A stretch of DNA of 64,000 bases from Ignavibacteriota bacterium (lineage in GTDB: Bacteria > Bacteroidota > Ignavibacteria > Kapaibacteriales > UBA2268): contig JAHBUQ010000001.1 of NCBI GenBank assembly GCA_019637995.1, positions 902,381 to 966,380 on the forward strand, in the 5' to 3' direction. A program made the position numbers and the translations under genes. This document shows, piece after piece, positions 1 through 9,509 of this stretch (position 1 is the stretch's first letter; every line of letters starts with the position of its first letter). A model generated the notes under the pieces. That model had not been told where the DNA came from. It saw nothing but the letters and a program-made list of their open reading frames with translations, and did no database searches.

Positions 1-468
1 ATTGCCTTTGCATTTTCGGGACAGCTGATGTTTAAGTTTTTTGGAATTTCAGTTAATAGTTTCAGAATAGTAGGTGGAATAATATTTTTTATGATGGGTA
101 TGGATATGCTCCAGGCAAGAATTGGCAGGGTCAAAATTAATGAATCTGAAGTAAAATCCTACGTTAATGACATCTCGATTACACCACTTGCTATACCAAT
201 GATAAGCGGACCCGGTTCTATTACTAATGCAATTGTACTTATGGAAGATGCTGATACCATTTCACTTAAATTGCTCCTTTTTGGTTCGATATTTGCAGTT
301 ATGGGTTTGACATTTATAATTCTATACAGCTCATCAAAAATTATAAAATTTATGGGTGAAACCGGAAAAAATGTAATGATGCGGCTAATGGGGCTTATTG
401 TAATGGTAATTGCAGTTGAATTTTTCTTCTCGGGGCTTAAACCAATACTTATAGATATATTCAAATAA
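1..468 (+). CDS. MarC family integral membrane protein, 5'-truncated at the window edge
   Basis: The frame stays open upstream of the annotated ATG at 28 back to nt 1 (IAFAFSGQL...). The protein is hydrophobic and multi-TM with MarC/UPF0056-like motifs (GGIIFFMMGMDMLQA). The N-terminus is missing. Confidence 0.55.
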   Translation: MAFAFSGQLMFKFFGISVNSFRIVGGIIFFMMGMDMLQARIGRVKINESEVKSYVNDISITPLAIPMISGPGSITNAIVLMEDADTISLKLLLFGSIFAVMGLTFIILYSSSKIIKFMGETGKNVMMRLMGLIVMVIAVEFFFSGLKPILIDIFK

Positions 469-591
469 TATGATGTCAGAAAAAAAATATAATTAATATC
501 GTATAAAATAAAACAATATAGCCTGAATTAAATGAAATATGATTATTTTTGCTATTTATATTCAACTTGATTTAAAATAGAAAAAAATAAT

Positions 592-2730
592 ATGCTTCAG
601 GTAATTCAATACCAAAAAAAAGGTGATATCGTTGTCAGTGAAATGCCTCCTCCTGTTTGTCCTGAGGGTGGCATTTTAGTTCGAAGTTCGTTTTCATTAA
701 TTAGTGCCGGAACGGAGAAAACATCTGTATCCAAAGCAAAATCTTCTCTACTCGAACGCGCTAAAAAGCAGCCCGAGGATGTGAAACTGGTACTTGATTT
801 TATCAAAAAAGAGGGAATTCTCTCTACGTACAAACGAGTAAAATCCAAACTTGACTCTTATAAATCATTGGGATATTCATCATCCGGCATTGTAATTGAA
901 TCACGAAGCAGTCAGTTTTCCATTGGTGACCGTGTGGCTTGTGCAGGTGCAGGAATTGCAAATCATGCTGAAATTATAGCAGTTCCGTCGAATCTTGCTG
1001 TAAAAATTCCTGAAAATGTTGATTATCAATCTGCGGCTTATACAACAGTTGCGGCTATTGCTATGCAGGGCGTCAGACAGGCAGATGTCAGAATTGGAGA
1101 AACTGTAGCTGTAATCGGCTTGGGGCTTATTGGTCAGATTACAATTCAACTTCTCAGAGCAGCTGGCTGCAGGGTGATTGGTCTTGATATAAATGAGAAA
1201 CTATTTGATACTTCAATCAGTTCAGGAGCTGAAATTTCACTTAAAAGTTCCGACGAATCATTAAACTCTGTAATGTCATTCACACGTGGTCTGGGTTGTG
1301 ATGCTGTGCTGATAACAGCAGGGACAAGCTCAAATCAGCCGATTGAACTTGCTCTTAATATTACCCGAAAGAAGGGGAAAGTGGTTATTGTAGGTGCTGT
1401 CGGAATGAATATCCCACGTACACCATTTTATATGAAAGAAATTGACCTGAGAATTTCCTGTTCTTATGGACCGGGCAGGTATGATGTGAATTATGAAGAA
1501 AAAGGTATAGATTATCCTGCGGCTTATGTTCGGTGGACTGAAAACCGAAATATGTCATCAATTCTGGATTTATTGTCAAGTAAAACAATAGATTTCAATA
1601 AATTAACCACCCATTCCTTCAGGATTAAAGACGCACCTACAGCTTATGACCTTATTACAGGCAAAATTCAGGATGATTATCTTGGAATATTACTTGAGTA
1701 TGACCTAAATAAAGAAATTTTAACTTCGACTGTTTCAATTAAAAAGATTAAATCCACATCCGAAATTAATATCGGTTTTATAGGACTCGGGACTTTTGCC
1801 CGTAATTACCTTATTCCACCACTTCAGAAATCCGGTACTCATTTCGCAGGAGTTTCTTCAAAAGACCCCGTGAATGCCAAATCTGCTGCAGAAAATTTGG
1901 GATTTGATTTTTTAACAGCTAATGGCGATGATATTATTTCTGACGATAGAGTCAATACTGTTTTTATAGCATCTCGCCATGATAGTCACTCGGGCTATGT
2001 TGTTAATTCGCTCAAAGCAGGTAAGAATGTTTTTGTCGAAAAGCCGCTTGCTGTTAATCAGCTTCAACTTGATGAAATTCGCGATACCTTGAAAGAAAGT
2101 ACAGCAAGACTGATGGTAGGATTTAATCGAAGATTTTCAAAATCTTTTAAAACGATTTTTGAATATTTTTCAGCAAGAAGTGAGCCATTGTTCATTAATT
2201 ACAGAATTAATGCAGGATTTATACCGAAATCGCATTGGGTTCAGCAATCGGAGCAAGGAGGCAGAATAATTGGCGAAGTTTGCCACTTTATCGATTGTAT
2301 GCTTTATCTTACAAAAGCAAAGCCTGTAAGTGTATATGCATCATCTGTTTCATCAGCAAATAAAGAGCTTACTGACCACGATAATGTCTCAATAGTAATT
2401 AAATTCAGCGATGGTTCGCTTGGTACTATTTCATATATAGCTTCGGGAGGATCATCACTTCCAAAAGAGTTTTGCGAAGTACATTCCGATAGGAAAACTG
2501 CAGTTATGAATAATTTTGAGACCGTTGAATTTTACTCCGGCAGTGAAAGAAAACTAGTCAAGTCAGACGGTAAAAAGGGCATTGATGAGGAAGTTGAAGC
2601 GTTTATAAGTTCAGTCAGGAACGGCATTAGTATGCCTATCAAATTTGAAGAGATTTATCTTGTTACTAAAGCGACTTTTGCAGCATTACATTCACTGCAA
2701 AATGGTCAAACAATTTTTATAGAAGAATGA
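592..2730 (+). CDS. Bi-domain oxidoreductase: N-terminal Zn-dependent alcohol dehydrogenase-like/Rossmann domain plus C-terminal Gfo/Idh/MocA oxidoreductase domain
   Basis: The N-terminal half has an MDR/ADH-like fold with a GLGLIGQ Rossmann motif. The C-terminal half has the Gfo/Idh/MocA NAD-binding motif (IGFIGLGTFARNYLIPPL) and an EKP motif. This architecture is typical of polysaccharide-locus 'bi-domain oxidoreductases'. Confidence 0.7.
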   Translation: MLQVIQYQKKGDIVVSEMPPPVCPEGGILVRSSFSLISAGTEKTSVSKAKSSLLERAKKQPEDVKLVLDFIKKEGILSTYKRVKSKLDSYKSLGYSSSGIVIESRSSQFSIGDRVACAGAGIANHAEIIAVPSNLAVKIPENVDYQSAAYTTVAAIAMQGVRQADVRIGETVAVIGLGLIGQITIQLLRAAGCRVIGLDINEKLFDTSISSGAEISLKSSDESLNSVMSFTRGLGCDAVLITAGTSSNQPIELALNITRKKGKVVIVGAVGMNIPRTPFYMKEIDLRISCSYGPGRYDVNYEEKGIDYPAAYVRWTENRNMSSILDLLSSKTIDFNKLTTHSFRIKDAPTAYDLITGKIQDDYLGILLEYDLNKEILTSTVSIKKIKSTSEINIGFIGLGTFARNYLIPPLQKSGTHFAGVSSKDPVNAKSAAENLGFDFLTANGDDIISDDRVNTVFIASRHDSHSGYVVNSLKAGKNVFVEKPLAVNQLQLDEIRDTLKESTARLMVGFNRRFSKSFKTIFEYFSARSEPLFINYRINAGFIPKSHWVQQSEQGGRIIGEVCHFIDCMLYLTKAKPVSVYASSVSSANKELTDHDNVSIVIKFSDGSLGTISYIASGGSSLPKEFCEVHSDRKTAVMNNFETVEFYSGSERKLVKSDGKKGIDEEVEAFISSVRNGISMPIKFEEIYLVTKATFAALHSLQNGQTIFIEE

Positions 2731-2741
2731 TAATTGCTTAG

Positions 2742-5348
2742 GTGTATAATATGAAAATTAATTATATAATTTTACTGATTATTTCAATTTTATTTTTGCA
2801 AACTTTAGACTCCAAGAGTCAGCTTTCAAAAGAGCAACTTAAGGTTTTGATGCCATCTGAAAGTCGCTTTGTAACTGACCTGAGTGGGAATTGGGAACGG
2901 ACAGAAAATATGCGTGACTGGACATCTGTAAGGATTCCTTTGTCTGAGCAGATAGATGAAAAAGTCATTTACAAAAGATTTGTCAAAATTCCTGCTGAAA
3001 TGGTTGATAACTTTTCTTGGCAGTTGTATTTCCTTGGAATTGACCATAATGTCGAAGTATTCTGGAATGAGCAATTCATTGGAAAATATGTAGGCTCGTT
3101 AGTCCCTTTTAATGTAAGAATTCCGGATAATACAGTTAGAAACGAAACTAATGAAATAAGACTTGTCATAACACCTGCCACAAGCAAAATTAAACAAATA
3201 CGTAATCAGCACCTTAACGCCAGACGTGAATTTTCCGGAATCATCAGGGAAGTGTTACTTTTTGGAACACCACAGGCTTGGATATCTGATATTAGACATA
3301 ATGTAAAGTTAAAGGGACAAAATTCTGCTGACATTCAGGTTAAAGTCAGTTTGTCAACAGCAGAAATAAAAGCACTTATCAATAAGTTGAAAGTAAAGGA
3401 TTCAATAAGTGTTGCCTCGAATGATAAAATTAAACTTTCAATAATGTCCGAACTCAGGAAGCAGGGTAGTGGTGATTTGATTCAAATTTCATCTGAGAAA
3501 AGCATAACATTAGAAAGTGAAAGAACTATTGATGATGAAATAGCAATGCCTGTATCAGGGATTAATCTCTGGAGTCCTGAAACACCTGATTTGTATTATC
3601 TCACAGTCAAGCTAAAAAGAGGCGATTTAACAATTGATGATTATACTGTTCCAATCGGTTTTCGCTCTCTGAAAACAGCAATGGATGGTGAAAATTCTAT
3701 ACTTCTTCTAAATGGTCAGAATTTTAAACTAAAGGGCGTATCTTATGTAGAAGACTACAAAGACCTTGGTCAATCTCTGACTGTTTCTAAGATTATTCAA
3801 GACATTGAATTAATAAAAAAATTGGGCGCTAATACTGTTAGAGCAAAATTCAATACCCCGCATCCATTCTTTGTTCATTTGTGTAATTCAAACGGACTGA
3901 TGATTATGCTTGAACTTCCGATTTATGATGTACCCTCGAGCCTCATAAATCTCGATGAGATAAAAGTTTATAATCAAAATTTAGCTAAGCAATACGTAAG
4001 TAAGTTTGATATAAATCCATCTGTAATAGCATGGGGAGTCGGTGAAGGAGTTGATGAAAGCACTGAACATTATAAAAATTTTTCTGAATCAATATTAAAA
4101 TTATTTGCTAAAGATTCAGATAAATTAAAATATAAAATTCTCCCTCATGGTATAAGCAAAGTTCATACAGAAGGATTTGATTTTATTGGATATTCCGACA
4201 TCAGACAAAATGTAGATTTCAATCAAATAAATTATGAATTTAAAAGAATTCAGTCCATAATTGATAATAAACCACTATTTATGGCATTTGGTACTGAAAT
4301 TCAAATAAATAATCATAATGGTTATTCCGACCCTCTTTCTTTAGAGTTTCAGGCTTATAATATATTAAACTCTTTTAAAATTGTTGAAAAGAATAATGGA
4401 ATTGGATGTATAGTTAATACATACAATGATTATTTACAAAACAAACCTTCACTGACAACCAACAACGATTTACAGTATATCCAAACAAGCGGACTTGTTG
4501 ACAGAAACCGCCTCGAAAGGCTTTCATTCTCGACTCTTCAGGCATTATTCAATAAAGAAAAAGAACCATTGCTTAACGCCGGCAGTCACACCCGAAGCTC
4601 GCCTCCAATTTATCTGATATTCGGAATTTTGCTGGCAATTTTACTTGTATTTTTAATCAACAGATTCAAACGCTTCAGAGAATATATGTTCAGGTCAATT
4701 CTAAGACCTTACAATTTTTATTCAGATATACGAGACCAGAGAATAATTTCAAGCATTCAAACTATATTACTTGGTGTGATTTTATCATCTACTGTAGGAA
4801 TATTTTTATCCTCAATATTGTTTTATTACAAAGACAGTGAAGTTCTTGAATATTTTCTAATGATACTTTTGCCCTCAAATTCAATCAAAGAGTTTGTTTA
4901 CAGTTTGATATGGATGCCTGAGCTGTCTTTTATTTTTATAACTATTGTAAGTTATATGCTGGCATTTATAACGGCATGGATAATCCGTGTTTTTGCAGTG
5001 CTTTCGCGAGCCAGAGTTTACTGGAATGACTGCCTGACAATTTCTATTTGGGCTGCACTTCCTGCTGTCATTCTTTTGCCGATTTCAATTGTTTTAATTA
5101 GATTACTGGTAGCTTCACCTGCTACAATTTGGCTGTTTTTATTACTTTATGCCACAACAAGTATATGGACTGTTGCAAGACTTCTCAAATCAATTTCTGT
5201 AGTTTTTGATATTCCTGTAATGAGATCATACATAATTGGATTTGTGATAATGTTCATTTCCATTGCAGCGCCACTTGGATATTATCATGTAAAATATTCA
5301 TTTTTTGCATACTCATCATACTTTTTTGAAGTACTATTAAGCAACTAA
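2742..5348 (+). CDS. Membrane-anchored protein with a GH2-like (sugar-binding jelly-roll plus TIM-barrel-like) N-terminal ectodomain and a polytopic C-terminal membrane domain
   Basis: There is a signal/TM segment at the N-terminus. The GH2-like motifs are NTVRAKFNTPHP and IAWGVGEG (compare NxxRxxHYP and WSxGNE). The last ~250 aa form 7–9 predicted TM helices. Confidence 0.45.
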   Translation: MYNMKINYIILLIISILFLQTLDSKSQLSKEQLKVLMPSESRFVTDLSGNWERTENMRDWTSVRIPLSEQIDEKVIYKRFVKIPAEMVDNFSWQLYFLGIDHNVEVFWNEQFIGKYVGSLVPFNVRIPDNTVRNETNEIRLVITPATSKIKQIRNQHLNARREFSGIIREVLLFGTPQAWISDIRHNVKLKGQNSADIQVKVSLSTAEIKALINKLKVKDSISVASNDKIKLSIMSELRKQGSGDLIQISSEKSITLESERTIDDEIAMPVSGINLWSPETPDLYYLTVKLKRGDLTIDDYTVPIGFRSLKTAMDGENSILLLNGQNFKLKGVSYVEDYKDLGQSLTVSKIIQDIELIKKLGANTVRAKFNTPHPFFVHLCNSNGLMIMLELPIYDVPSSLINLDEIKVYNQNLAKQYVSKFDINPSVIAWGVGEGVDESTEHYKNFSESILKLFAKDSDKLKYKILPHGISKVHTEGFDFIGYSDIRQNVDFNQINYEFKRIQSIIDNKPLFMAFGTEIQINNHNGYSDPLSLEFQAYNILNSFKIVEKNNGIGCIVNTYNDYLQNKPSLTTNNDLQYIQTSGLVDRNRLERLSFSTLQALFNKEKEPLLNAGSHTRSSPPIYLIFGILLAILLVFLINRFKRFREYMFRSILRPYNFYSDIRDQRIISSIQTILLGVILSSTVGIFLSSILFYYKDSEVLEYFLMILLPSNSIKEFVYSLIWMPELSFIFITIVSYMLAFITAWIIRVFAVLSRARVYWNDCLTISIWAALPAVILLPISIVLIRLLVASPATIWLFLLLYATTSIWTVARLLKSISVVFDIPVMRSYIIGFVIMFISIAAPLGYYHVKYSFFAYSSYFFEVLLSN

Positions 5349-6250
5349 TGGAGATAATCAATATGCACTATATATTAGAAGAATTAAAATTAATCCGTAA
5401 AGGCAAGGTCAGAGAAGTCTATGAAGCCGGAAAAGATATTCTGTTTGTAGCATCTGACAGAATATCTGCTTTTGACGTAATAATGGCTCAGCCTGTTGCA
5501 GATAAGGGAAAAATTCTCACAGCAATTTCTGAATACTGGTTTCATGAAACAAAATCAATAATTGATAATCATTTCATTAGTTCGAATATTAATGACTTAC
5601 CATCTGAAATAACAGAGAAACACTCTGATATGTTAGCCGGTAGGTCTATGCTTGTTAAAAAAGCAGAGCCACTACCTATTGAGTTTGTAGTCAGAGGTTA
5701 TCTTGCCGGTAGCGGCTGGAAAGAATATAAGTTGAGTAAATCAGTTTGTGGCATTTCACTTCCTGATGGACTTCTCGAGTATTCTAAGCTACCGGAACCA
5801 ATTTTCACACCTGCAACAAAAGCTGAAACAGGTCACGATGAAAATATTTCTTACAAACAAGCTTCAGAAATTTTAGGTGAAGAAACTGCTTCATATCTGA
5901 GAACTATTTCAATAAAATTATATAATTTCGCTCATCAACGGCTGTACGAAAAAGGCATAATACTAGCCGATACAAAATTTGAATTCGGTAAAGATGATAA
6001 AGGTAATCTCATTTTAATTGATGAAGCACTTACACCGGATTCTTCGAGATTCTGGTTAATGTCAGACTATGTTCCTGGTAAACCGCAAATGAATTTTGAT
6101 AAACAAATTTTAAGAGATTATCTGGAAAGCATACCTTGGAATAAACAATATCCACCACCAAATCTTCCTGAAAAAATCCTACGTGGTACTTTAGAAAAGT
6201 ATGCTTATGCATACGAATTGATTACCGGCAATAAATGGCAAATTGATTAA
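5348..6250 (+). CDS. purC: Phosphoribosylaminoimidazole-succinocarboxamide synthase (SAICAR synthetase)
   Basis: Conserved PurC N-terminus (GKVREVYE, SDRISAFD) with full-length similarity. The ATG overlaps the upstream stop (TAATG). Confidence 0.9.
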   Translation: MEIINMHYILEELKLIRKGKVREVYEAGKDILFVASDRISAFDVIMAQPVADKGKILTAISEYWFHETKSIIDNHFISSNINDLPSEITEKHSDMLAGRSMLVKKAEPLPIEFVVRGYLAGSGWKEYKLSKSVCGISLPDGLLEYSKLPEPIFTPATKAETGHDENISYKQASEILGEETASYLRTISIKLYNFAHQRLYEKGIILADTKFEFGKDDKGNLILIDEALTPDSSRFWLMSDYVPGKPQMNFDKQILRDYLESIPWNKQYPPPNLPEKILRGTLEKYAYAYELITGNKWQID

Positions 6251-6252
6251 TT

Positions 6253-7500
6253 ATGAAAGCAGGCGGATTCTCACTTGAAAGTCAAACTGTAAGCTTTATT
6301 GATTGGAAAATAATAGTTTATACTCTAATCTTGCTCCTGGCAGGAATGTTTTCGCTTTATAGTGCTACTTACGGCTCTAATATGCAGGAATCATTCAATA
6401 GGCAAGTTATTTCAATGGGAATAGGAATACTTGGAGCTTTGGTTCTTGTATTTCTTCCTAAGAATCTAATGCGAAATTTAGCAGTTGTTTTCTATGGTAT
6501 ATCATTGATTATGCTTGTTGCTGTGCTATTTATCGGTGATGAGGTTTACGGCACAAAAGGATGGATAAGATTTGCAGGATTTTCACTTCAGCCTGCAGAG
6601 TTTGCAAAATTCGGTGTAATTGTGATGCTTGCATACTTTTTATCATCGAAAGGTACAGATATCAGCAACATTCGTGATTTTTCCATTTCTTCATTGATTG
6701 TGCTTGTTCCTATCGTATTGATTTTTCTACAGCCTGACCATGGTACATCATCAGTATTACTTGCAATTTTTTTTGGGATACTTTTTTGGAGTGGATTTAG
6801 TAAATTATTTCTTTATTTTATAGTATCATTACCATTCATTGTAATACTATCCCTTAAAGGTTTCTGGTTTATGTCGGGTTCTGTTTTGTTCTTTTCAGTT
6901 ATAGCAGTTTTTTTTCGCAACAATTGGATTTCAAAAGGTTTGGTGATTGGTGTATTCATAGTTTTTGGTTATATAGCTCCGGTCTTGTACAATGGTCTTC
7001 TTGACCACCAAAAATCCAGAGTCGAGAGCTTCCTGAATCCGGGATCCGACCCAAGAGGTCAGGGTTACAATGTAATTCAATCAATGATGGCTGTTGGAAG
7101 TGGCGGGCTAACAGGCAAAGGATTTTTGCAGGGAACACAAACTCAGCTCAGATATATTCCAATGCAATGGACAGATTTTATTTTCTCTGTACCAAATGAG
7201 GAATTCGGTTTCATAGGAGGTTTTGTTATACTCTTATTCTTTGGATTGCTCGTTTTAAGAATACTTAATGCGGCTAATGAATCCGACGACAAGTTCTACA
7301 GCATAGCTATATTTGGAATTGCTTCAACATTTTTGTATCACATAATCATTAATGTGGGAATGGTTATCGGACTTGTACCTGTAATGGGGATACCGCTGCC
7401 GTTTTTGAGTTATGGAGGTACTTCTATGATAATGAACCTGGCATTTATTGGATTTATTTTAAATGCATACAGAAACCACAAAAGAAAAAGATTAGTTTAA
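6253..7500 (+). CDS. rodA: SEDS-family peptidoglycan glycosyltransferase (RodA/FtsW)
   Basis: About 10 TM helices with the FtsW/RodA/SpoVE signature at the C-terminus (PLPFLSYGGTSM). It is not embedded in a mur/dcw cluster, so RodA is the more likely call. Confidence 0.7.
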   Translation: MKAGGFSLESQTVSFIDWKIIVYTLILLLAGMFSLYSATYGSNMQESFNRQVISMGIGILGALVLVFLPKNLMRNLAVVFYGISLIMLVAVLFIGDEVYGTKGWIRFAGFSLQPAEFAKFGVIVMLAYFLSSKGTDISNIRDFSISSLIVLVPIVLIFLQPDHGTSSVLLAIFFGILFWSGFSKLFLYFIVSLPFIVILSLKGFWFMSGSVLFFSVIAVFFRNNWISKGLVIGVFIVFGYIAPVLYNGLLDHQKSRVESFLNPGSDPRGQGYNVIQSMMAVGSGGLTGKGFLQGTQTQLRYIPMQWTDFIFSVPNEEFGFIGGFVILLFFGLLVLRILNAANESDDKFYSIAIFGIASTFLYHIIINVGMVIGLVPVMGIPLPFLSYGGTSMIMNLAFIGFILNAYRNHKRKRLV

Positions 7501-7516
7501 ATATTCGATATTAATT

Positions 7517-8260
7517 ATGATTAAAAATAAGAAAATTATTGTTGTCCTTCCGGCTTACAATGCAGCATCAACTCTTGAAAAAACATATAGTGAAATTCCT
7601 TTTGATATAGTAGATGAAGTTGTATTAGTAGATGATTTCAGCCGTGACAATACAGCTGATGAAGCCGGAAGACTTGGCATAAAGCACATCATAAGACACG
7701 AAAAAAATAAGGGTTATGGTGGCAATCAAAAAACTTGCTACAACAAAGCATTAGAGTTGGGTGGCGATATTATAATTATGCTACATCCTGATTACCAATA
7801 TACTCCACAACTGATTGAATCTATGTCTTATATCATTGCAAATGGAATTTATCCTGTAGTTTTAGGTTCAAGAATATTGGGAAAAGGGGCACTTAAAGGC
7901 GGTATGCCACGCTACAAGTATATTTCAAACAGATTTCTTACATTTGTTCAAAATATATTGATAAATCAAAAATTATCTGAGTATCATACAGGTTACAGAG
8001 CATTTTCGGCTGATGTTTTGAAAAGTATTCAATACAACAAAAATTCAGATGACTTTGTTTTTGATAATCAAATGCTTTCACAAATATTTTTTGCCGGATT
8101 TGAAATTGCTGAAATTACATGTCCAACAAAATATTTTCCTGAAGCATCATCTATAAATTTTTCCAGAAGTGTTAAATATGGTCTCGGAGTTTTGAAAGTA
8201 TCTCTGACACATATGTTAAATAAAATTGGGATATTGAAATCAGATTTATACTACAATTGA
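7517..8260 (+). CDS. Family 2 glycosyltransferase (dolichyl-phosphate mannosyltransferase-like)
   Basis: N-terminal GT-A fold motifs (VVLPAYNAAS, VDDFSRDNT, DxD-like HPDYQ). Confidence 0.8.
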   Translation: MIKNKKIIVVLPAYNAASTLEKTYSEIPFDIVDEVVLVDDFSRDNTADEAGRLGIKHIIRHEKNKGYGGNQKTCYNKALELGGDIIIMLHPDYQYTPQLIESMSYIIANGIYPVVLGSRILGKGALKGGMPRYKYISNRFLTFVQNILINQKLSEYHTGYRAFSADVLKSIQYNKNSDDFVFDNQMLSQIFFAGFEIAEITCPTKYFPEASSINFSRSVKYGLGVLKVSLTHMLNKIGILKSDLYYN

Positions 8261-8269
8261 CAAATTTGC

Positions 8270-8716
8270 TTATAAAAATTCCGAGCTGAAAGAATACGGA
8301 AGCAATTCATCTAAAGTTGTTCTGAAAATATTTTTTATTCTGTATTTTTCATCTAAATTTACTAATAATATTTTACAGCTACCATCATTATTGAATTCTG
8401 ATATTTTCTGACGGCAGAGTCCACATGGTGTTGGTGGCTTATTGCTTATTCCCCTTGCAGCAACAGCTATAGATTTAACTTCAATGCATCCGGTTTTGAC
8501 CATCGAATCAATCGCTACCATTTCGGCGTGTGATGTCAGAGTAAAATCAACACTTTCAATATTACATCCTGAATGAATTTTGCCTGAACTATCCATAAGT
8601 GCAGCTCCGACTTTGTATTTGGAATATGGTGAATAGCTGTAATCAATCATTTCAACGGCTTTGTCAACCAATAATTTTTCTTCATCATTCATTTTTTTTA
8701 AATCAATTTGTTGCAT
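8270..8716 (-). CDS. cdd: Cytidine deaminase
   Basis: Zinc-binding CDA motifs HAEMVAI and PCGLCRQ. The ~148-aa length fits the tetrameric Cdd type. Confidence 0.85.
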   Translation of the reverse strand: MQQIDLKKMNDEEKLLVDKAVEMIDYSYSPYSKYKVGAALMDSSGKIHSGCNIESVDFTLTSHAEMVAIDSMVKTGCIEVKSIAVAARGISNKPPTPCGLCRQKISEFNNDGSCKILLVNLDEKYRIKNIFRTTLDELLPYSFSSEFL

Positions 8717-9128
8717 TGTCTAATCTCCTGATTTCATCTTCAGTTAAGGTTTTTAGTGCATACAAGTGCCAAGTTACTCCGATACCAACAGCAATCAAAA
8801 TCAATCTCACCCATAAAATTTCCACCAAAAAAAATGATACGCCAAGCGTAAGCCATGTCAAAATTAAGGATTTAATTCTTGCTTTTGATTCAATTCCTCT
8901 GAATTCGCGATAATTTCTTATCATTCTTCCAAACATTTTGTTTCTGATAAGCATCTCGTAATATTTTTCAGAGCTTCGAATAAAAAACCATGCTGCAAGT
9001 ATTATGAATATTGTCGTGGGCCATACAGGTAAAAATATACCGATGATTCCCAAAATTACACAAAAAATCCCCATAAACTGATAGAAAAAACGCTTAAATA
9101 TATTTGGTTCTATCTTGTATTCATTCAT
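8703..9128 (-). CDS. YbaN/DUF454 family inner-membrane protein
   Basis: Characteristic FxRFxxQxxGxxxxxxGxxGxxLPxxPTT N-terminus with two TM helices. It overlaps cdd by 14 nt, so the two form an operon. Confidence 0.7.
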   Translation of the reverse strand: MNEYKIEPNIFKRFFYQFMGIFCVILGIIGIFLPVWPTTIFIILAAWFFIRSSEKYYEMLIRNKMFGRMIRNYREFRGIESKARIKSLILTWLTLGVSFFLVEILWVRLILIAVGIGVTWHLYALKTLTEDEIRRLDNATN

Positions 9129-9509
9129 TAAATTTCATACTTAAATTATCAGATACGTTAAAAATGAATAAAAATTTTAATTTTGAACTTACTAGTAGGT
9201 TAAGTTTAGATCTACAAGTCAAAACATGGGAAATCATAAGCAACTAAATTATTGAAAATTTCATCAAAATCTTAAAAATATTGTAATTGAAAGCCACGAT
9301 AATTTAATTATATTAAAAATTACAGATGCATTGGTTAAGCAAAATAATTTTAAAAATCAATGCGATTATAGTATAAGTTTGTGAAAGTATAAAATATGAT
9401 AGAAATTTTTGAAAAAACAAGCATTTTTACTGATTTTATTTGGTTAACTAATTTTAACATTGTAAATTGCTTTTTATTTTAGTGTAATTTTAAAAAAGGT
9501 TATCAGAAA

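Noticed and set aside
28-468. Treating the first ORF as a complete 146-aa gene starting at ATG 28
   Set aside because: The frame is open upstream to nt 1, and MarC-family proteins are about 200 aa. The gene is truncated by the window edge.
8599-8913. Plus-strand ORF antisense to the cdd/ybaN junction, along with many other 60–120-aa antisense ORFs inside rpsA, mmdA, icmF and other genes
   Set aside because: They lie entirely within well-supported genes on the opposite strand, have low-complexity or odd composition, and carry no motifs. They are typical shadow ORFs.
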